NCBI GenBank assembly: GCA_963825055.1
Contig: CAWGSK010000022.1
Location: 1-59,827, forward strand
Reading direction: 5' to 3'
From: an uncultured Gemmatimonadales bacterium
GTDB lineage: Bacteria; Gemmatimonadota; Gemmatimonadetes; Gemmatimonadales; GWC2-71-9
Length of the DNA: 59,827 nucleotides
Shown piece by piece: positions 20,079-32,225 of this stretch. The position numbers and the translations under genes were made by a program. Within the stretch, counting starts at the first letter, position 1. The number at the start of each line of letters is the position of its first letter. The notes under the pieces were generated by a model, which did no database searches, was not told the DNA's origin, and saw only the letters and a program-made list of their open reading frames with translations.

Positions 20079-20771
20079 TCAGCTCCACTCCGGCACGGTG
20101 AACACGAAGACGGTTTCACCTCGACCGGCTTCGTGCTCGATCGTGCCGTCCATCCGCGTCGCCAGGTCGCGCGCGACGGTCAGGCCGAGACCCAGGTGCC
20201 CGCCGCCGCGACCGGTGACGAACGCATCGAACAACCGGCCTGCAACCTCGGGCTCGATACCGGAACCGTTGTCGCTCACCCGGAAGGTGACCAGCCCGTC
20301 CCTCGACGCCCCCTGCAGCTTCACCCCGCCCCCGCTGACCCCCTCGAGCGCCTCACGGGCATTGATCACCAGGTTGAGCAGGACATGCTCCAGCCAGCCC
20401 TCCACCCCACGCGCGACCGCATCCCCCGCTTCACCAACGATGACTTCGCCAGGCAAGGCCCGCTGCATGGCGGCACTGGCCGCGAGCCGGCCCAGCAGGT
20501 CGGAGACCGGGACGGGCCCGGGATGGATGTTGGTGGGCGGGCCCATCATCGCGGGGATGCGATCGGTGAGCGCCTGCAGGTGTCCGGCGGCGGGAACGAT
20601 CTCCTTCCCCAGCTCCCGAGCCACGGCCAGGTCGTCCTCGTCGGGCAGGAGCTGGGCGGAGAGCAGGATGCCCTGCAGCGGGCTCCGGATATCATGGAGG
20701 AATCCCCGGGTCAGGGTCCCGTAGGCATCCGCGCGGTTGGCGCGGTACAGGAGCTCGGGCGAGATGCTCAC
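20079..20771 (-). CDS. Histidine kinase lacking a sensor domain (HisKA + HATPase only)
   Basis: LHDIRSPL H-box, NLVINA, DNGSGI, GLGLT; GTG overlaps the upstream TGA. Confidence 0.85.
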   Translation of the reverse strand: MSISPELLYRANRADAYGTLTRGFLHDIRSPLQGILLSAQLLPDEDDLAVARELGKEIVPAAGHLQALTDRIPAMMGPPTNIHPGPVPVSDLLGRLAASAAMQRALPGEVIVGEAGDAVARGVEGWLEHVLLNLVINAREALEGVSGGGVKLQGASRDGLVTFRVSDNGSGIEPEVAGRLFDAFVTGRGGGHLGLGLTVARDLATRMDGTIEHEAGRGETVFVFTVPEWS

Positions 20772-21768
20772 GCGCTGTCCTGCCGGATGGCGGCCTCCTC
20801 CGCGACGACCTCGGCGTAGTGGCACGCCGCGTCAGTCCCCGCGATGGGGCGGAGGAGCGGCTCCTCGCTCCGGCAGCGCTCGTCGCGCAGGGGATGGAAG
20901 CAGCGCGTGTGGAACCGGCAGCCGGGCGGGGGCGCCGCGGGGCTCGGGAGGTCGCCCTCGAGCACGATGCGTGCGCGCTGGAGGTCGGGGTCCGGCTCCG
21001 GTACCGCACTCAGCAGCGCCTGCGTGTAGGGATGCCGGGGATGTTCGAGGATGTCCGTGGTGGCCCCGGTCTCCGCGATCCGGCCGAGGTACATCACGGC
21101 GATGCGGCGGGCGATCTGGCGGACCACGGCGAGGTCGTGCGCGATGAAGAGATAGGAGAGGCCGCGACGCTCCTGGAGGTCCGCCAGCAGGTTCAGGACC
21201 TGCGCCTGCACCGAGACGTCCAGGGCGGAGACCGGCTCGTCGCAGACGATGAACTCCGGCTCCACGGCGAGTGCCCGCGCGATCCCGATGCGCTGGCGCT
21301 GCCCGCCGGAAAATTCATGGGGGTAGCGCCTGGCGTAGTCAGGGTTGAGTCCCACTTCCTCGAGCAGCGACGCCACCCGCTGCTTCACCGCGGCCCCTTT
21401 CGCCAGCCGGTGGATCTCGATCCCTTCGGCGACGGCCGCGCCCACGGTCATCCGCGGGTTGAGCGAGCTGTAGGGGTCCTGGAAGATGATCTGCATCCTC
21501 CGCCGGAGCGCCCGGAGCGCCTTGGGATCGAGACTGAAGATGTCCTGGCCGTTGAAACGCACCGAGCCGGCCGTCGGCTCGAGCAGCCTGAGGATGGTCC
21601 GGCCGACGGTGGACTTGCCGCAACCCGACTCGCCGACCAGCGCGAGCGTCTCGCCGCGCTCGAGGTGGAAAGAGACGCCATCCACCGCGCGGACCACCGG
21701 GGCCTTCCCCGCGAGCATCCCGCCGGCCTTGAAGTGCTTGACCAGCCCCTCGACTTCGAGCAGCGCGC

Positions 21769-21772
<4 letters not shown>
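20768..21772 (-). CDS. Peptide ABC transporter ATP-binding protein (OppF/DppF type)
   Basis: [30 protein letters not shown]-terminal GCRFHTRC. Confidence 0.95.
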
Positions 21773-22736
<964 letters not shown>

Positions 22737-22740
<4 letters not shown>

Positions 22741-23576
22741 GCGCCCCTCGGGTCGAAGGCGTCGCGCAACGCGTCGCCGAGCAGATTGACGGCCAGGACG
22801 GTGAGCATGATGGCAAGTCCGGGAAAAATACTGGTCCAGGGCGCGGTGATGAACGTGGACCGCGCGCCCAGGATCATGGCGCCCCAGCTTGGCGTCGGGG
22901 GCCGGATGCCGACGCCGAGGAAGCCGAGGCCCGCCTCGAGCAGGATCACGTCGCCCACCGCCAGCGTAGCCGCGACGAGCAGCGGGCCGAACGCGTTGGG
23001 CAACAGGTGCCGCAAGATAATGCGGCGGCGGCCCGCGCCGAGGGCCTGCGCCGCATGGACGTAGGCATCCTCCCGGATCCGGAGCACCTCGCCGCGGACC
23101 AGCCGGCTGGTACCGAGCCATCCCGTGGTGCCGAGAACGAGGATCATGACGCCGACCGGGACCGACTCGAGCACGGCCAGCAGGACCAGCAGCAGGAACA
23201 GGCGCGGGACGGCGAGCGCGCCGTCCACGAAACGCATGAGGGCGGTGTCCACCCAGCCGCCGAAGAACCCCGCCAGCAGGCCGACGGTGGCGCCGATCGT
23301 CATTGACACCAGCACCGAGAGTCCGGCCACCCCGAGCGAGATGCGGGCCCCGTAGACCACGCGGGCGAAGACGTCGCGGGAGAGATCGTCGGTGCCGAAG
23401 AGGTGCTGCGGGCCTGGCCCTTCCGCGCGGCAGATGATGCAGGGTTGCGCCGCCGGATCCGGCAGGAAGGGCGGAAGCAGCACCGCCGCAATGACCACGA
23501 TTGCCAGGGCCGCGAGCGACCACCGGCCGCGCGGGGTGCGCGTGGCCTGGCGGATGGCGCCGCCCAGCCAGCTCAC
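22737..23576 (-). CDS. Peptide ABC transporter permease (OppC/DppC type)
   Basis: HLFGTDDLSRD, RHLLPN, PPTPSWG, GDALRDAFDPR. Confidence 0.95.
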
Positions 23577-24544
23577 GACGTTCGCACCCGCGGGTCGAGC
23601 GCCATGTAGGCCAGGTCCGTGAGCAGGTTCGCCGACACGACGAGGACCGCCACCAGCATCCCCGTCCCGACGAGCACCGGGTAATCCCGCGCGGAGACCG
23701 CATCGGCCGCGAGCAGGCCGAGCCCGGTCCAGTGGAAGACCGACTCGACGAACACTGCTCCGGTGGCCAGGAGGGGAAGCCAGAGCCCGAAGAGCGTGAT
23801 GACAGGGAAGAGCGCGTTGCGCCACGCGTGCCGCCTCAGCACCTGCCCCTCCGGCACGCCCTTCGCGCGCGCGGTGCGGATATAGTCGAGCTGGAGCACC
23901 TCGATCATTGCATTGCGCTGGAAGCGCATCGCCGCGCCGATGGTCACGATGGACAGCGTGAGCGCGGGGAGGATGAGGTGGCGGCCCACGTCCAGTGCGC
24001 GCGTGATCCACGGCGCGTCGGGGGCGAGCAGCGGGTCCAGCGTCCCGGCGGCGGGAAGCACGCCCCACTTGACTGCCACGAGCCACGCGAGCACCAGCCC
24101 GAGCCAGAACGAGGGAATGGAATACGCCGCGAGCGACACCACGCCAAGGATACGATCCGCCCAGCTCCCCTTCCGCACCGCCTGCCACGCACCGAGGGCG
24201 AGGCCGAGGGTGAAGTTGATGAGCAGCACCGTGCCGCCCAGGAGGAGCGAGGCGGGGAGGCGCTGGCGGATGAGGGTGGTGACGGGGAGGCCCTGGTACT
24301 GGATCGACCGGCCCAGGTCGAAGCGTGCGAGGTCACTGATAAAGGAAGCGAACTGTCCGGGGAGGCTCCGGTCGAGGCCGTAGCGCTCCCTCAGGTTGTG
24401 GAGTTCCTCCTGCGAGACCGGGCGCTCGCCCACGATGGCCGCGACCGGGTCGCCCGGAACGAGCCGGACGAGGAAGAAGAGGATGGTCGTCGCGACGACG
24501 AGCGTGGCGAGGGCCTGGCCGAGCCGGCGCAGGAGCCAGCGCAC
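23573..24544 (-). CDS. Peptide ABC transporter permease (OppB/DppB type)
   Basis: VPGDP, DYIRTARAKG, RDYPV, LDPRVR. Confidence 0.95.
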   Translation of the reverse strand: MRWLLRRLGQALATLVVATTILFFLVRLVPGDPVAAIVGERPVSQEELHNLRERYGLDRSLPGQFASFISDLARFDLGRSIQYQGLPVTTLIRQRLPASLLLGGTVLLINFTLGLALGAWQAVRKGSWADRILGVVSLAAYSIPSFWLGLVLAWLVAVKWGVLPAAGTLDPLLAPDAPWITRALDVGRHLILPALTLSIVTIGAAMRFQRNAMIEVLQLDYIRTARAKGVPEGQVLRRHAWRNALFPVITLFGLWLPLLATGAVFVESVFHWTGLGLLAADAVSARDYPVLVGTGMLVAVLVVSANLLTDLAYMALDPRVRTS

Positions 24545-24548
24545 CAGG

Positions 24549-26192
24549 CTACCGTCCGCCCGTCCGGTCCCGCGGGAGCATCTGGTCCGGTTTCACGGTC
24601 CATTCGCGGAGCGACAGCCACAGTGCCTCGGGGCGGATCCGGACGTGGTCGTACCGGCGGTGGACCGCGATCAGCTGCGGGGGCGCGGCCATGAAGGCGG
24701 CGGGCATGTCCTCCCGTGCGACGGTCATGGCCTGCCGGTAGAGCGCGACCGGCCGTTCCTGCGAGCGTTCCGCCAGGGAGAGCAGGGAGTCGAAGGCCGG
24801 GTTGCACCACGAGGCCACGTTCTGTCCCGGCTTGCCCGCCGAGGCGCAGATCCAGCTGTTGCGGAGGCCGGCGGGCGACGGGTCCATGGTGGCGCGCGCG
24901 AAGTCGAGGTCGAACCTCCCGGTATTGTGGCGGTCGAGCCAGGTGGGCCATGCCACGGAGACGACCTGGAGGTCCACCCCGACCGCTCGGAGCTGCTGCT
25001 GCAGCTTGAGCGACATGTCCTCGCGCGTCTGGTCCACGCCCGGCGTGCTGAGGGCGAGCCGGAGGGGCCGTCCGTTCCGGTCGCGAATACCGTCGCCATC
25101 GGTATCGCGCCAGCCGGCGGCATCGAGCAGAGCCCGCGCCCGTGCCGGGTCGTACCGGACGGGCGGCGCGTCGGTTGGCTCGATCCAGTGGAAGAACTGC
25201 GGGGCGGGGCCGTCGGGGACGAGGGTGCCCTTGCCGAACACCGCCTGCGCGATGGCACGCCGGTCCGTCGCGAGCACCAGGGCGCGGCGCACCCGCCGGT
25301 CGGTCAGGATCGGGTGGGCGCTGGCCGTGTCGTCCGGGCTCCGCTGGTTGAACAGGATGTAGTAGAGGTGGGTGGACGTCGCGGTAATCACCCGGAAGCG
25401 GGGCGCCTGCTCGAGGCGGGGCAGCATGGTATAGCGCACGTCGGACATCACGTCCACGTCGCCCGAGAGCAGCAGGTTGAGCCGGGCCTCGACATCTCCC
25501 GCCACCCGGAAGAAGACCCGCGCGAGGCCGGGGGCGCCCAGGAAGAAGTCACGGTTGGCGCCCAGCTCGATGAACTGCCCGGGCACCCGTCGCACCCACT
25601 TGAAGGGACCGTTGCCCACCGGTGCCTGTGCGAAGGCGGTCTTCGGGATGCTGTCGAACGGAATTCCGCGGAGCAGGTGCGAGGGCAGGATCTGCACGTT
25701 CCACGTGGCGTCGTAGAACTGCTCCGGATAGGCCTGGCTGTAATGGACTACCGCCCGTCGCGGGCCTTCCGCGGTGACCGAATCAATCCGCCCGATGGCG
25801 GTGGCGAGCCGCGGGTCCTGTTTCGCCAGGTTGAACGTGAAGACCACGTCTTCCGCGGTGACGGGGCGGCCGTCGTGCCAGCGGGCACGCTCGTCCAGGT
25901 CGAACACCAGCGTCAGGGAATCCCGGCGGGTCCACTTCCGGGCCAGCATCGGCACGAAGCCGTCATCCCCGATCGTGCTGAGGGTGGGCCCCATCTCCGC
26001 CAGCCGGAGGAACAGCTGGTCGGTGACCTCCATGCCGCTCCGCTCCGCCGCGAAGATCGGGAGGACCGAGACGGCATCGCCGCCCTGGGCGATCACGATG
26101 GTGCCCCGCGGCGTGCGTCCCTGGGCGAGGGCGGCGGCGGGAAGCACGAGAGCCAGCAGCAGAATCCAGGGGCGCGGCAGGCGCAGGGTCAC
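24549..26192 (-). CDS. Peptide ABC transporter substrate-binding protein (family 5)
   Basis: Signal peptide; WHDGRPVTAEDVVFT, PVGNGPFK, ARALLDAAGW. Confidence 0.92.
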   Translation of the reverse strand: MTLRLPRPWILLLALVLPAAALAQGRTPRGTIVIAQGGDAVSVLPIFAAERSGMEVTDQLFLRLAEMGPTLSTIGDDGFVPMLARKWTRRDSLTLVFDLDERARWHDGRPVTAEDVVFTFNLAKQDPRLATAIGRIDSVTAEGPRRAVVHYSQAYPEQFYDATWNVQILPSHLLRGIPFDSIPKTAFAQAPVGNGPFKWVRRVPGQFIELGANRDFFLGAPGLARVFFRVAGDVEARLNLLLSGDVDVMSDVRYTMLPRLEQAPRFRVITATSTHLYYILFNQRSPDDTASAHPILTDRRVRRALVLATDRRAIAQAVFGKGTLVPDGPAPQFFHWIEPTDAPPVRYDPARARALLDAAGWRDTDGDGIRDRNGRPLRLALSTPGVDQTREDMSLKLQQQLRAVGVDLQVVSVAWPTWLDRHNTGRFDLDFARATMDPSPAGLRNSWICASAGKPGQNVASWCNPAFDSLLSLAERSQERPVALYRQAMTVAREDMPAAFMAAPPQLIAVHRRYDHVRIRPEALWLSLREWTVKPDQMLPRDRTGGR

Positions 26193-26267
26193 GATGCGTC
26201 CAGGGATGTGGGGAACACGGGTGTCCTAAGATAGGGTGCGTCGGCGTCGGCATCCACTGCGGGACAC

Positions 26268-27029
26268 TCAGCGGCGCCAGGTCCAGCCGGGGTCTTGGTA
26301 CTTCGCGTGGTAGCGGGCCTCCCGGGCCTCAACCTCCGTGCCCGCCGGTTGCCATCCATCATGCCAGTTCCCGGCGGCCGCCACCACCGCCTCCGCCGCC
26401 TCGCCCCACCCGACGGTCCGGCCGGCCACCCTGGTCAGGGCGATGTCGCCTCCCGCGGGCGGCGGGCCCCGGGTCACGGCCGTCACGACGCTCTGGGAGC
26501 CGTCCAGCAGCAGGCTCCCGTGCTGCAGAAAGGCAGGTCCACGGGCGAGTTGCGCGCTGCCCAGTACCTTGCCTCCCCCGGCGAGGAGTTCTCCCCCCGC
26601 CGGCCGTGCAAAACACGCGCCGGTCCCGAGCCCCGCCGCCCGGTCGGGGCGAGGGGCCGGAGAGGTGTCGACGCCGAGGGCGGCGAGCGCCCGCGCGAAC
26701 ATGGCGTGGATGTCACGGTAGGCGGGGGCCAGGCCCCCGAATGCCGCGGCCGGGGCGGCCACGGCGTAGGTCAGTTCGGCGTCGTGCCAGACGGCGCGCC
26801 CGCCGGTGGGGCGGCGGACCGTGTCGAGCCCGAGGGACGCGATCCGGCCGCGGTCATAGCGGCGGAGCGCCGGCTCATGGGTGCCGAAGGAAAGGCAGGC
26901 CGGCTCCCAGCGGTAGAGCCGGAGCCAGCCGTCGCCGGTCTCGACCGCCAGGTCGAGCAGCGCCTCATCGCGCGCCATGTTGCGCCAGCCGGGGAGCGGT
27001 GGCTCGGGATGCAGCAGGTGCCACCGCAT
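26268..27029 (-). CDS. Lipoate-protein ligase / octanoyltransferase (LipM-like) family
   Basis: NMARDEALL, LRLYRW, RRPTGGRAVWH, KVLGSAQ, QHGSL; adjacent to gcvP/gcvH. Confidence 0.9.
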   Translation of the reverse strand: MRWHLLHPEPPLPGWRNMARDEALLDLAVETGDGWLRLYRWEPACLSFGTHEPALRRYDRGRIASLGLDTVRRPTGGRAVWHDAELTYAVAAPAAAFGGLAPAYRDIHAMFARALAALGVDTSPAPRPDRAAGLGTGACFARPAGGELLAGGGKVLGSAQLARGPAFLQHGSLLLDGSQSVVTAVTRGPPPAGGDIALTRVAGRTVGWGEAAEAVVAAAGNWHDGWQPAGTEVEAREARYHAKYQDPGWTWRR

Positions 27030-27032
27030 CGT

Positions 27033-29939
27033 TCAGTCCGCGTACGCCTCCACCGGCGGGCAGGTGCAGACGAGGTTCCGGTCACCATAGGCGCCCTCGA
27101 TCCGGCTCACCGTCGGCCACGACTTGTGGACCCGGGTGGACGGGTGCGGGTACGCCGCCTGCTCGCGCGGGTAGGGCCGGTCCCAGCTGTCGCTGATGAC
27201 GTCCTCGAGCGGGTGCGGCGCATGCGAGAGGACGTTGTTGCCCTGCTCGACCTCGCCGTTCTCGATGGCCCGGATCTCATCGCGGATGGCGATCATCGCG
27301 TCGCAGAAGCGATCCAGTTCCTCCCGTGACTCGCTCTCGGTGGGTTCCACCATCAGCGTGCCCGGCACCGGGAACGACACCGTGGGCGGGTGGAACCCGA
27401 AGTCGATCAGCCGCTTCGCGATATCCTCCACGTCCACGCCCGCCGTCGCCTTGAACGGGCGGGTGTCGATGATGCACTCGTGCGCGATGAGGCCGTTCGC
27501 GCCGCTGTAGAGCAGCTCGTAATGGCCCTCGAGCCGTTTTGCGATGTAGTTCGCGTTCAGGATAGCCACGCGGGTCGCGTCGGTCAGGCCGTCCGGCCCC
27601 ATGAGCGCGATGTACGCCCACGAAATCGGCAGGATGGACGAGCTGCCCCAGGGGGCCGCCGAGATGGTGCCGCACGGCTGGGGCACGCCGAGCGGGATGA
27701 CCGGGTGGTCCGGAAGATGGGGCACCAGGTGCGCGGCCACCCCGATCGGTCCCATGCCGGGCCCGCCGCCGCCATGCGGGATGCAGAAGGTCTTGTGCAG
27801 GTTCAGGTGGCAGACATCGGCGCCGATGGCGCCCGGGCTGGTGAGCCCGACCTGCGCGTTCATGTTGGCGCCGTCCATGTACACCTGGCCGCCGTGCTCA
27901 TGGATGATCGCGCTGATTTCCCGGATGGACGCCTCGAACACTCCATGAGTGGACGGGTATGTGACCATCAGCGCGGAGAGGCTGGCCGCGTGCTCGGCGG
28001 CCTTCGCGCGCAGGTCGTCCACGTCAATGTTGCCCTGGTCGTCGGTGCGCACCGGGATCACGCGGAGCCCTGCCATGACGGCGCTGGCGGGGTTGGTGCC
28101 GTGGGCCGACTGCGGGATGAGGCAGACGTCGCGATGCGACTCGCCCTGTGCTTCCTGGTAGGCGCGGATCACCATGAGGCCGGCGAATTCGCCCTGGCTG
28201 CCGGCGTTGGGCTGGAGCGAGACGGCGGCGAAGCCGGTGATCTCGGCGAGCCAGTCCTCCAACTGGTCGAACAGGTCGCGGTAGCCCTGTGCCTGGTCCA
28301 CCGGCGCCATCGGGTGGAGCCGGCCGAACCCGGGCCAGGTGACCGGGATCATCTCGGTGGTCGCATTGAGCTTCATGGTGCAGGAACCCAGCGGGATCAT
28401 CGCCGAGGTGAGCGACAGGTCGCGCGTCTCGAGCCGGTGCAGGTACCGCAGCATCTCGGTTTCGCTGTGGTAGCGATGGAAGACCGGGTGGGTCAGGAAT
28501 TCGCTGGTGCGCCGGAGGCCGGAAGGAATGGCCGGCTGCGCGCTCGAGGCGAGATCGTCGATCCCGGCCGGCGTGACGTCATCCGCGGCGAAGAGTTCCG
28601 CCAGCTCGGCTACGTCGTCCAGTGTCGTCGTCTCATCCAGCGAGATGCCGACGCCGACACCCGGGAGCGTCCGCAGGTTGATCCGGTGCTCCCGGGCTCG
28701 CTGCAGCACCCGGTCGCGCGCGGCGTCGTCCAGTCGTACCGCGAGCGTGTCGAAGTATTCGTCATGCTCGATGGCGACGTCGAGCCGGTCCAGCGCCCCG
28801 GCCAGCACCGTGGCCAGGTTGTGCACCCGGCGGGCGATGGCGGTGATCCCCGCCGGGCCGTGGTACACCGCGTACATCCCCGCCATCACCGCCAGCAGGA
28901 CCTGCGCGGTGCAGACGTTGCTGGTGGCCTTGTCGCGCCTGATGTGCTGCTCGCGGGTCTGGAGCGCCATGCGGAGCGCGGGACGCCCGGCCGCGTCGCG
29001 CGAGACGCCGATGATGCGGCCGGGAATCTGCCGCTTGTACTGGTCCTTCGTGGCGAAGAAGGCCGCGTGCGGGCCGCCGTACCCGAGGGGGACGCCGAAG
29101 CGCTGTGAGTTGCCCACGGCGATATCCGCGCCCCACTCGCCCGGCGGGGTCAGGAGCGTGAGGGCCAGCAGGTCGGTGGCCGCGGTGACCAGCGCGCCGG
29201 CGGCGTGGGCCCGCTCGCAGAGATCCGTGAAGTCGGTGATGCGGCCGTCGGTGCCGGGGTACTGGACCAGGGCGCCGATCACGCCCGCAGTGAACACGAA
29301 TTCCTCCGGCGCGCCGATCTTCACCGTGACACCGCGCGCGCGGGCCCGGGTCCGGACCACCGCGATGGACTGCGGGTGGCAGTTCACGTCCACCAGGTAG
29401 GTCATACTGCCGCCCTTGCCCGCGACGGCCTCGGTCATGTGCATGGCTTCGGCGGCGGCGGTACCCTCGTCCAGGAGGGAGGCATTCGCGATCGGGAGTC
29501 CGGTGAGGTCGCTGATGAGGGTCTGGTAGTTCAGCAGCGCCTCCAGCCGCCCCTGGGCGATCTCCGCCTGGTACGGCGTGTAGGCGGTGTACCAGCCCGG
29601 GTTCTCCATGATGTTCCGGAGGATCACGGGCGGGGTCACCGTGTCGGCGTAGCCCATGCCGATGTAGCTGCGGAAGACCTCGTTCTTCGCGGCCATGCGG
29701 CCGAGGTCGGCCAGCGCGTCGGTCTCCGAGCGGGCGGCGGGGAGGTTCAGCGGGCGTTCGAGCCGGATGCCGTCCGGAATGACCGCATCCATCAGGGCAT
29801 CCAGGGATCCGTAGCCGAGCAGGTCGAGCATCGCGCCGATGTCGTGCGGGCGCGGGCCTAGGTGGCGGCCGGCAAACGCGCCGGCGCGTCCCGGGGAGAC
29901 GTCGGTGGTGTCAGGGGTGTGCGAGACGGTCGTGGCCAT
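27033..29939 (-). CDS. gcvP: Glycine dehydrogenase (decarboxylating), P protein
   Basis: [42 protein letters not shown] lysine; start ATG 29939. Confidence 0.98.
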   Translation of the reverse strand: MATTVSHTPDTTDVSPGRAGAFAGRHLGPRPHDIGAMLDLLGYGSLDALMDAVIPDGIRLERPLNLPAARSETDALADLGRMAAKNEVFRSYIGMGYADTVTPPVILRNIMENPGWYTAYTPYQAEIAQGRLEALLNYQTLISDLTGLPIANASLLDEGTAAAEAMHMTEAVAGKGGSMTYLVDVNCHPQSIAVVRTRARARGVTVKIGAPEEFVFTAGVIGALVQYPGTDGRITDFTDLCERAHAAGALVTAATDLLALTLLTPPGEWGADIAVGNSQRFGVPLGYGGPHAAFFATKDQYKRQIPGRIIGVSRDAAGRPALRMALQTREQHIRRDKATSNVCTAQVLLAVMAGMYAVYHGPAGITAIARRVHNLATVLAGALDRLDVAIEHDEYFDTLAVRLDDAARDRVLQRAREHRINLRTLPGVGVGISLDETTTLDDVAELAELFAADDVTPAGIDDLASSAQPAIPSGLRRTSEFLTHPVFHRYHSETEMLRYLHRLETRDLSLTSAMIPLGSCTMKLNATTEMIPVTWPGFGRLHPMAPVDQAQGYRDLFDQLEDWLAEITGFAAVSLQPNAGSQGEFAGLMVIRAYQEAQGESHRDVCLIPQSAHGTNPASAVMAGLRVIPVRTDDQGNIDVDDLRAKAAEHAASLSALMVTYPSTHGVFEASIREISAIIHEHGGQVYMDGANMNAQVGLTSPGAIGADVCHLNLHKTFCIPHGGGGPGMGPIGVAAHLVPHLPDHPVIPLGVPQPCGTISAAPWGSSSILPISWAYIALMGPDGLTDATRVAILNANYIAKRLEGHYELLYSGANGLIAHECIIDTRPFKATAGVDVEDIAKRLIDFGFHPPTVSFPVPGTLMVEPTESESREELDRFCDAMIAIRDEIRAIENGEVEQGNNVLSHAPHPLEDVISDSWDRPYPREQAAYPHPSTRVHKSWPTVSRIEGAYGDRNLVCTCPPVEAYAD

Positions 29940-29959
29940 GTGAAGTCCGGTGTTCCGAG

Positions 29960-29993
29960 AAAAGGCGCCCCGAGTCACTGAGCCCGGGGCGCC
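29960..29993 (-). terminator. GC hairpin + short U tract between gcvH and gcvP
   Basis: Minus strand GGCGCCCCGGG-loop-CTCGGGGCGCC-TTTT. Confidence 0.55.
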
Positions 29994-30023
29994 GCCGTGT
30001 CTGCCAGTCCATCACCCGCCCGC

Positions 30024-30413
30024 CTACTCGCCGATATGCGTCTTGTAATCAGCCGCGGAGAGCAGGGAACTGAGGGCGCCCTTGTCGGAGACGCGCATCC
30101 TGATCATCCAGCCGTCGCCGTACGGGTCGCGGTTGACGAGGTCGGGGCTGTCCTCCAGCGCGCCGTTGACCTCGACCACCTCGCCGCCCACCGGTGCGAA
30201 CAGCTCCGAGACGGCCTTGACTGCTTCGATGGTCCCGAACGCCGCGTGGGCCTCGAAGGTCTCCCCGCTCTTCGGCAGGTTGAGGAAGACCACGTCGCCC
30301 AGTTCGCCCTGGGCATAGTCGGTAATCCCAACCACGACCACGTCGTCCTGGTCGGTGGACCGGACGTACTCATGATCGTTCGTATAGCGCAGGGATTCGG
30401 GCACGTTCGACAC
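30024..30413 (-). CDS. gcvH: Glycine cleavage system H protein
   Basis: GITDYAQGELGDVVF, IEAVKAVSE lipoyl lysine, DPYGDGW; GTG start 30413. Confidence 0.97.
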   Translation of the reverse strand: MSNVPESLRYTNDHEYVRSTDQDDVVVVGITDYAQGELGDVVFLNLPKSGETFEAHAAFGTIEAVKAVSELFAPVGGEVVEVNGALEDSPDLVNRDPYGDGWMIRMRVSDKGALSSLLSAADYKTHIGE

Positions 30414-30467
30414 GGAGGCTCCGGGTGGTGGATGCGGGGAGGAGGATAGACGGACGGAGCCCAAATA

Positions 30468-31088
30468 TCAAGCGGAATCGGCGCCCCTCCGGGCATGCTG
30501 CTCGATCACCTCCCACGCCCGCCGCGCCCCCTGGCGGAGGTCCTCGCGCGAGCCGGCATTGTCAATCACGATGTCACTCCCGGCGCGCTTGGGTTCCGGG
30601 GGAGCCTGGCTCGCCAGCGCCCGTTCGGCCGACTCCGGGGAGAAGCCGCGTTCCATCATCAGGCGTTCGCGCCGGACCTCCTCCGGCGCGTCCACCAGGA
30701 CGACCAGGTCGAACTGGGCCGGGTCCATCACCTCGAAGAGGAGGGGAATGTCGCACACCACGACCGTCGCGCCGCGCTCGCGCGCCCCGCGGACCAGGGC
30801 CTCCCGCCGCGCGAGTACTGCGGGGTGCACGATCCCGTTCAGCATGTCCAGCCTGGCGGGGTCGCCCATGGTGCGGCCGCGGAGTTTCGCCCGGTCGAGC
30901 GACCCGTCCGCCCGGAGGATGTCGTGGCCGAACTCGGCGGCCAGCGCCGCCAGCACAGGCGATCCGGGCTCCTGTACTTCGCGCACGAGCACGTCGGCGT
31001 CGATCACCGTCGCGCCCCACTCCCGGAAGAGCTCGAGCACGGTGGACTTGCCGGAGGCGATGTTGCCGGTGAGACCGACGGTGAGCAT
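30468..31088 (-). CDS. coaE: Dephospho-CoA kinase
   Basis: VGLTGNIASGKST, IDAD, LDR..L, IVHP, DIPLLFE. Confidence 0.96.
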   Translation of the reverse strand: MLTVGLTGNIASGKSTVLELFREWGATVIDADVLVREVQEPGSPVLAALAAEFGHDILRADGSLDRAKLRGRTMGDPARLDMLNGIVHPAVLARREALVRGARERGATVVVCDIPLLFEVMDPAQFDLVVLVDAPEEVRRERLMMERGFSPESAERALASQAPPEPKRAGSDIVIDNAGSREDLRQGARRAWEVIEQHARRGADSA

Positions 31089-31100
31089 GGGGGCCGTTGC

Positions 31101-31220
31101 GTTGTTGAGTCGTTGAGTCGCTGGTCGTTACAGGGAATAATAGACCGATTCGCCTTGTCCGCCCTTTCTCCGACCGCCCTGTCCACGACCGCCCTGTCCA
31201 CGACCGCCCTCCGTCCGCCT
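31101..31220. repeat. (GTTGAGTC)n array and ~15-mer CGACCGCCCTGTCCA array in the divergent coaE/tdk gap
   Basis: Direct reading; related to 51361-51500. Confidence 0.8.
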
Positions 31221-31248
31221 TGACCCCGCCGGCCGGACGCGATATCCT
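31220..31248 (+). promoter_or_regulatory. Sigma70-type promoter of tdk
   Basis: TTGACC-N17-TATCCT. Confidence 0.55.
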
Positions 31249-31280
31249 CACGCCGCCCGGCTTCCCTCCGGAGAATCTGC

Positions 31281-31886
31281 ATGTATCATGGTTCCCGCCC
31301 TGGCTCCATCGAAGTAGTCACGGGCGTGATGTTCAGCGGCAAGAGCGAGGAGCTCATCCGCCGGATCCGTCGCGCGGTCATCGCGCGGCGGCGCATCCAG
31401 GTCTTCAAATCCCACCTCGATGAGCGTTATGGTGGCTTGTTCACCGTGGCGAGTCACGACGGGACGGAGATCGAGGCCAGCCCGGTGGACAGCAGCGCCG
31501 AGATTTTCCGGCTCGTCGAGCCGGAAACCGAAATCGTTGCGATTGACGAAGTGCAGTTTCTCGACGAGGGGATCGTCGACGTGGCCACCGACCTGGCGGC
31601 CCGGGGCTTGCGCGTGATCGTGGCCGGCACCGATACTGATTTCCGCGGCGAGCCCTTCGGCGCCATGGGCGACCTCATGGCCGTCGCCGAACGGGTCGAC
31701 AAACTCAACGCGATCTGTGTGGTGTGCGGGGACGTGGCTTGCCGCAACCAGCGGCTGGTGGACGGGCATCCGGCACGCTGGGACTCCCCGACTATCATGG
31801 TAGGGGGGCGCGAGTCGTACGAGGCCCGCTGCCGTCACTGCCACCGCGTCCCCCGGCAGGACGAGGACCAGACCGCCCTGCTATAG
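31281..31886 (+). CDS. tdk: Thymidine kinase
   Basis: [26 protein letters not shown], Zn site CVVC..CRHC. Confidence 0.97.
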   Translation: MYHGSRPGSIEVVTGVMFSGKSEELIRRIRRAVIARRRIQVFKSHLDERYGGLFTVASHDGTEIEASPVDSSAEIFRLVEPETEIVAIDEVQFLDEGIVDVATDLAARGLRVIVAGTDTDFRGEPFGAMGDLMAVAERVDKLNAICVVCGDVACRNQRLVDGHPARWDSPTIMVGGRESYEARCRHCHRVPRQDEDQTALL

Positions 31887-31937
31887 CAACGCAACGACTT
31901 ACGACTCAACGGCCTAACGCCCCACCCCGGAGGTTTC

Positions 31938-32225
31938 GTGAACAAGAACGATCTCGCCCAGGAACTCGCCACCCGGCTCGACGTCTCCCGGTCCCGCGCC
32001 GCGACCATCGTGGACGAGGTGTTCGGACCGGAAGGCGCGATCTGCCAGGCGCTGCTGAAGAACGACAAGGTCCAGATCAGCGGGTTCGGTCAGTTCGAGG
32101 TCCGGCAGCGTGCCGCGCGCACCGGCCGCAACCCCCGTACCGGGGAATCGATCGAGCTGGCGGCGTCACGGGCACCCGCGTTCAAGGCGGGCAAGGCCCT
32201 CAAGGACCAGCTGAACGCGCGTTAG
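31938..32225 (+). CDS. hup: HU family DNA-binding protein
   Basis: NKNDLA, GFGQF, RAARTGRNPRTGE, PAFKAGKALK. Confidence 0.95.
   Translation: MNKNDLAQELATRLDVSRSRAATIVDEVFGPEGAICQALLKNDKVQISGFGQFEVRQRAARTGRNPRTGESIELAASRAPAFKAGKALKDQLNAR

Noticed and set aside
30414..30467. Glycine riboswitch upstream of gcvH
   Set aside because: Only 54 bp between coaE and gcvH and no aptamer motifs.
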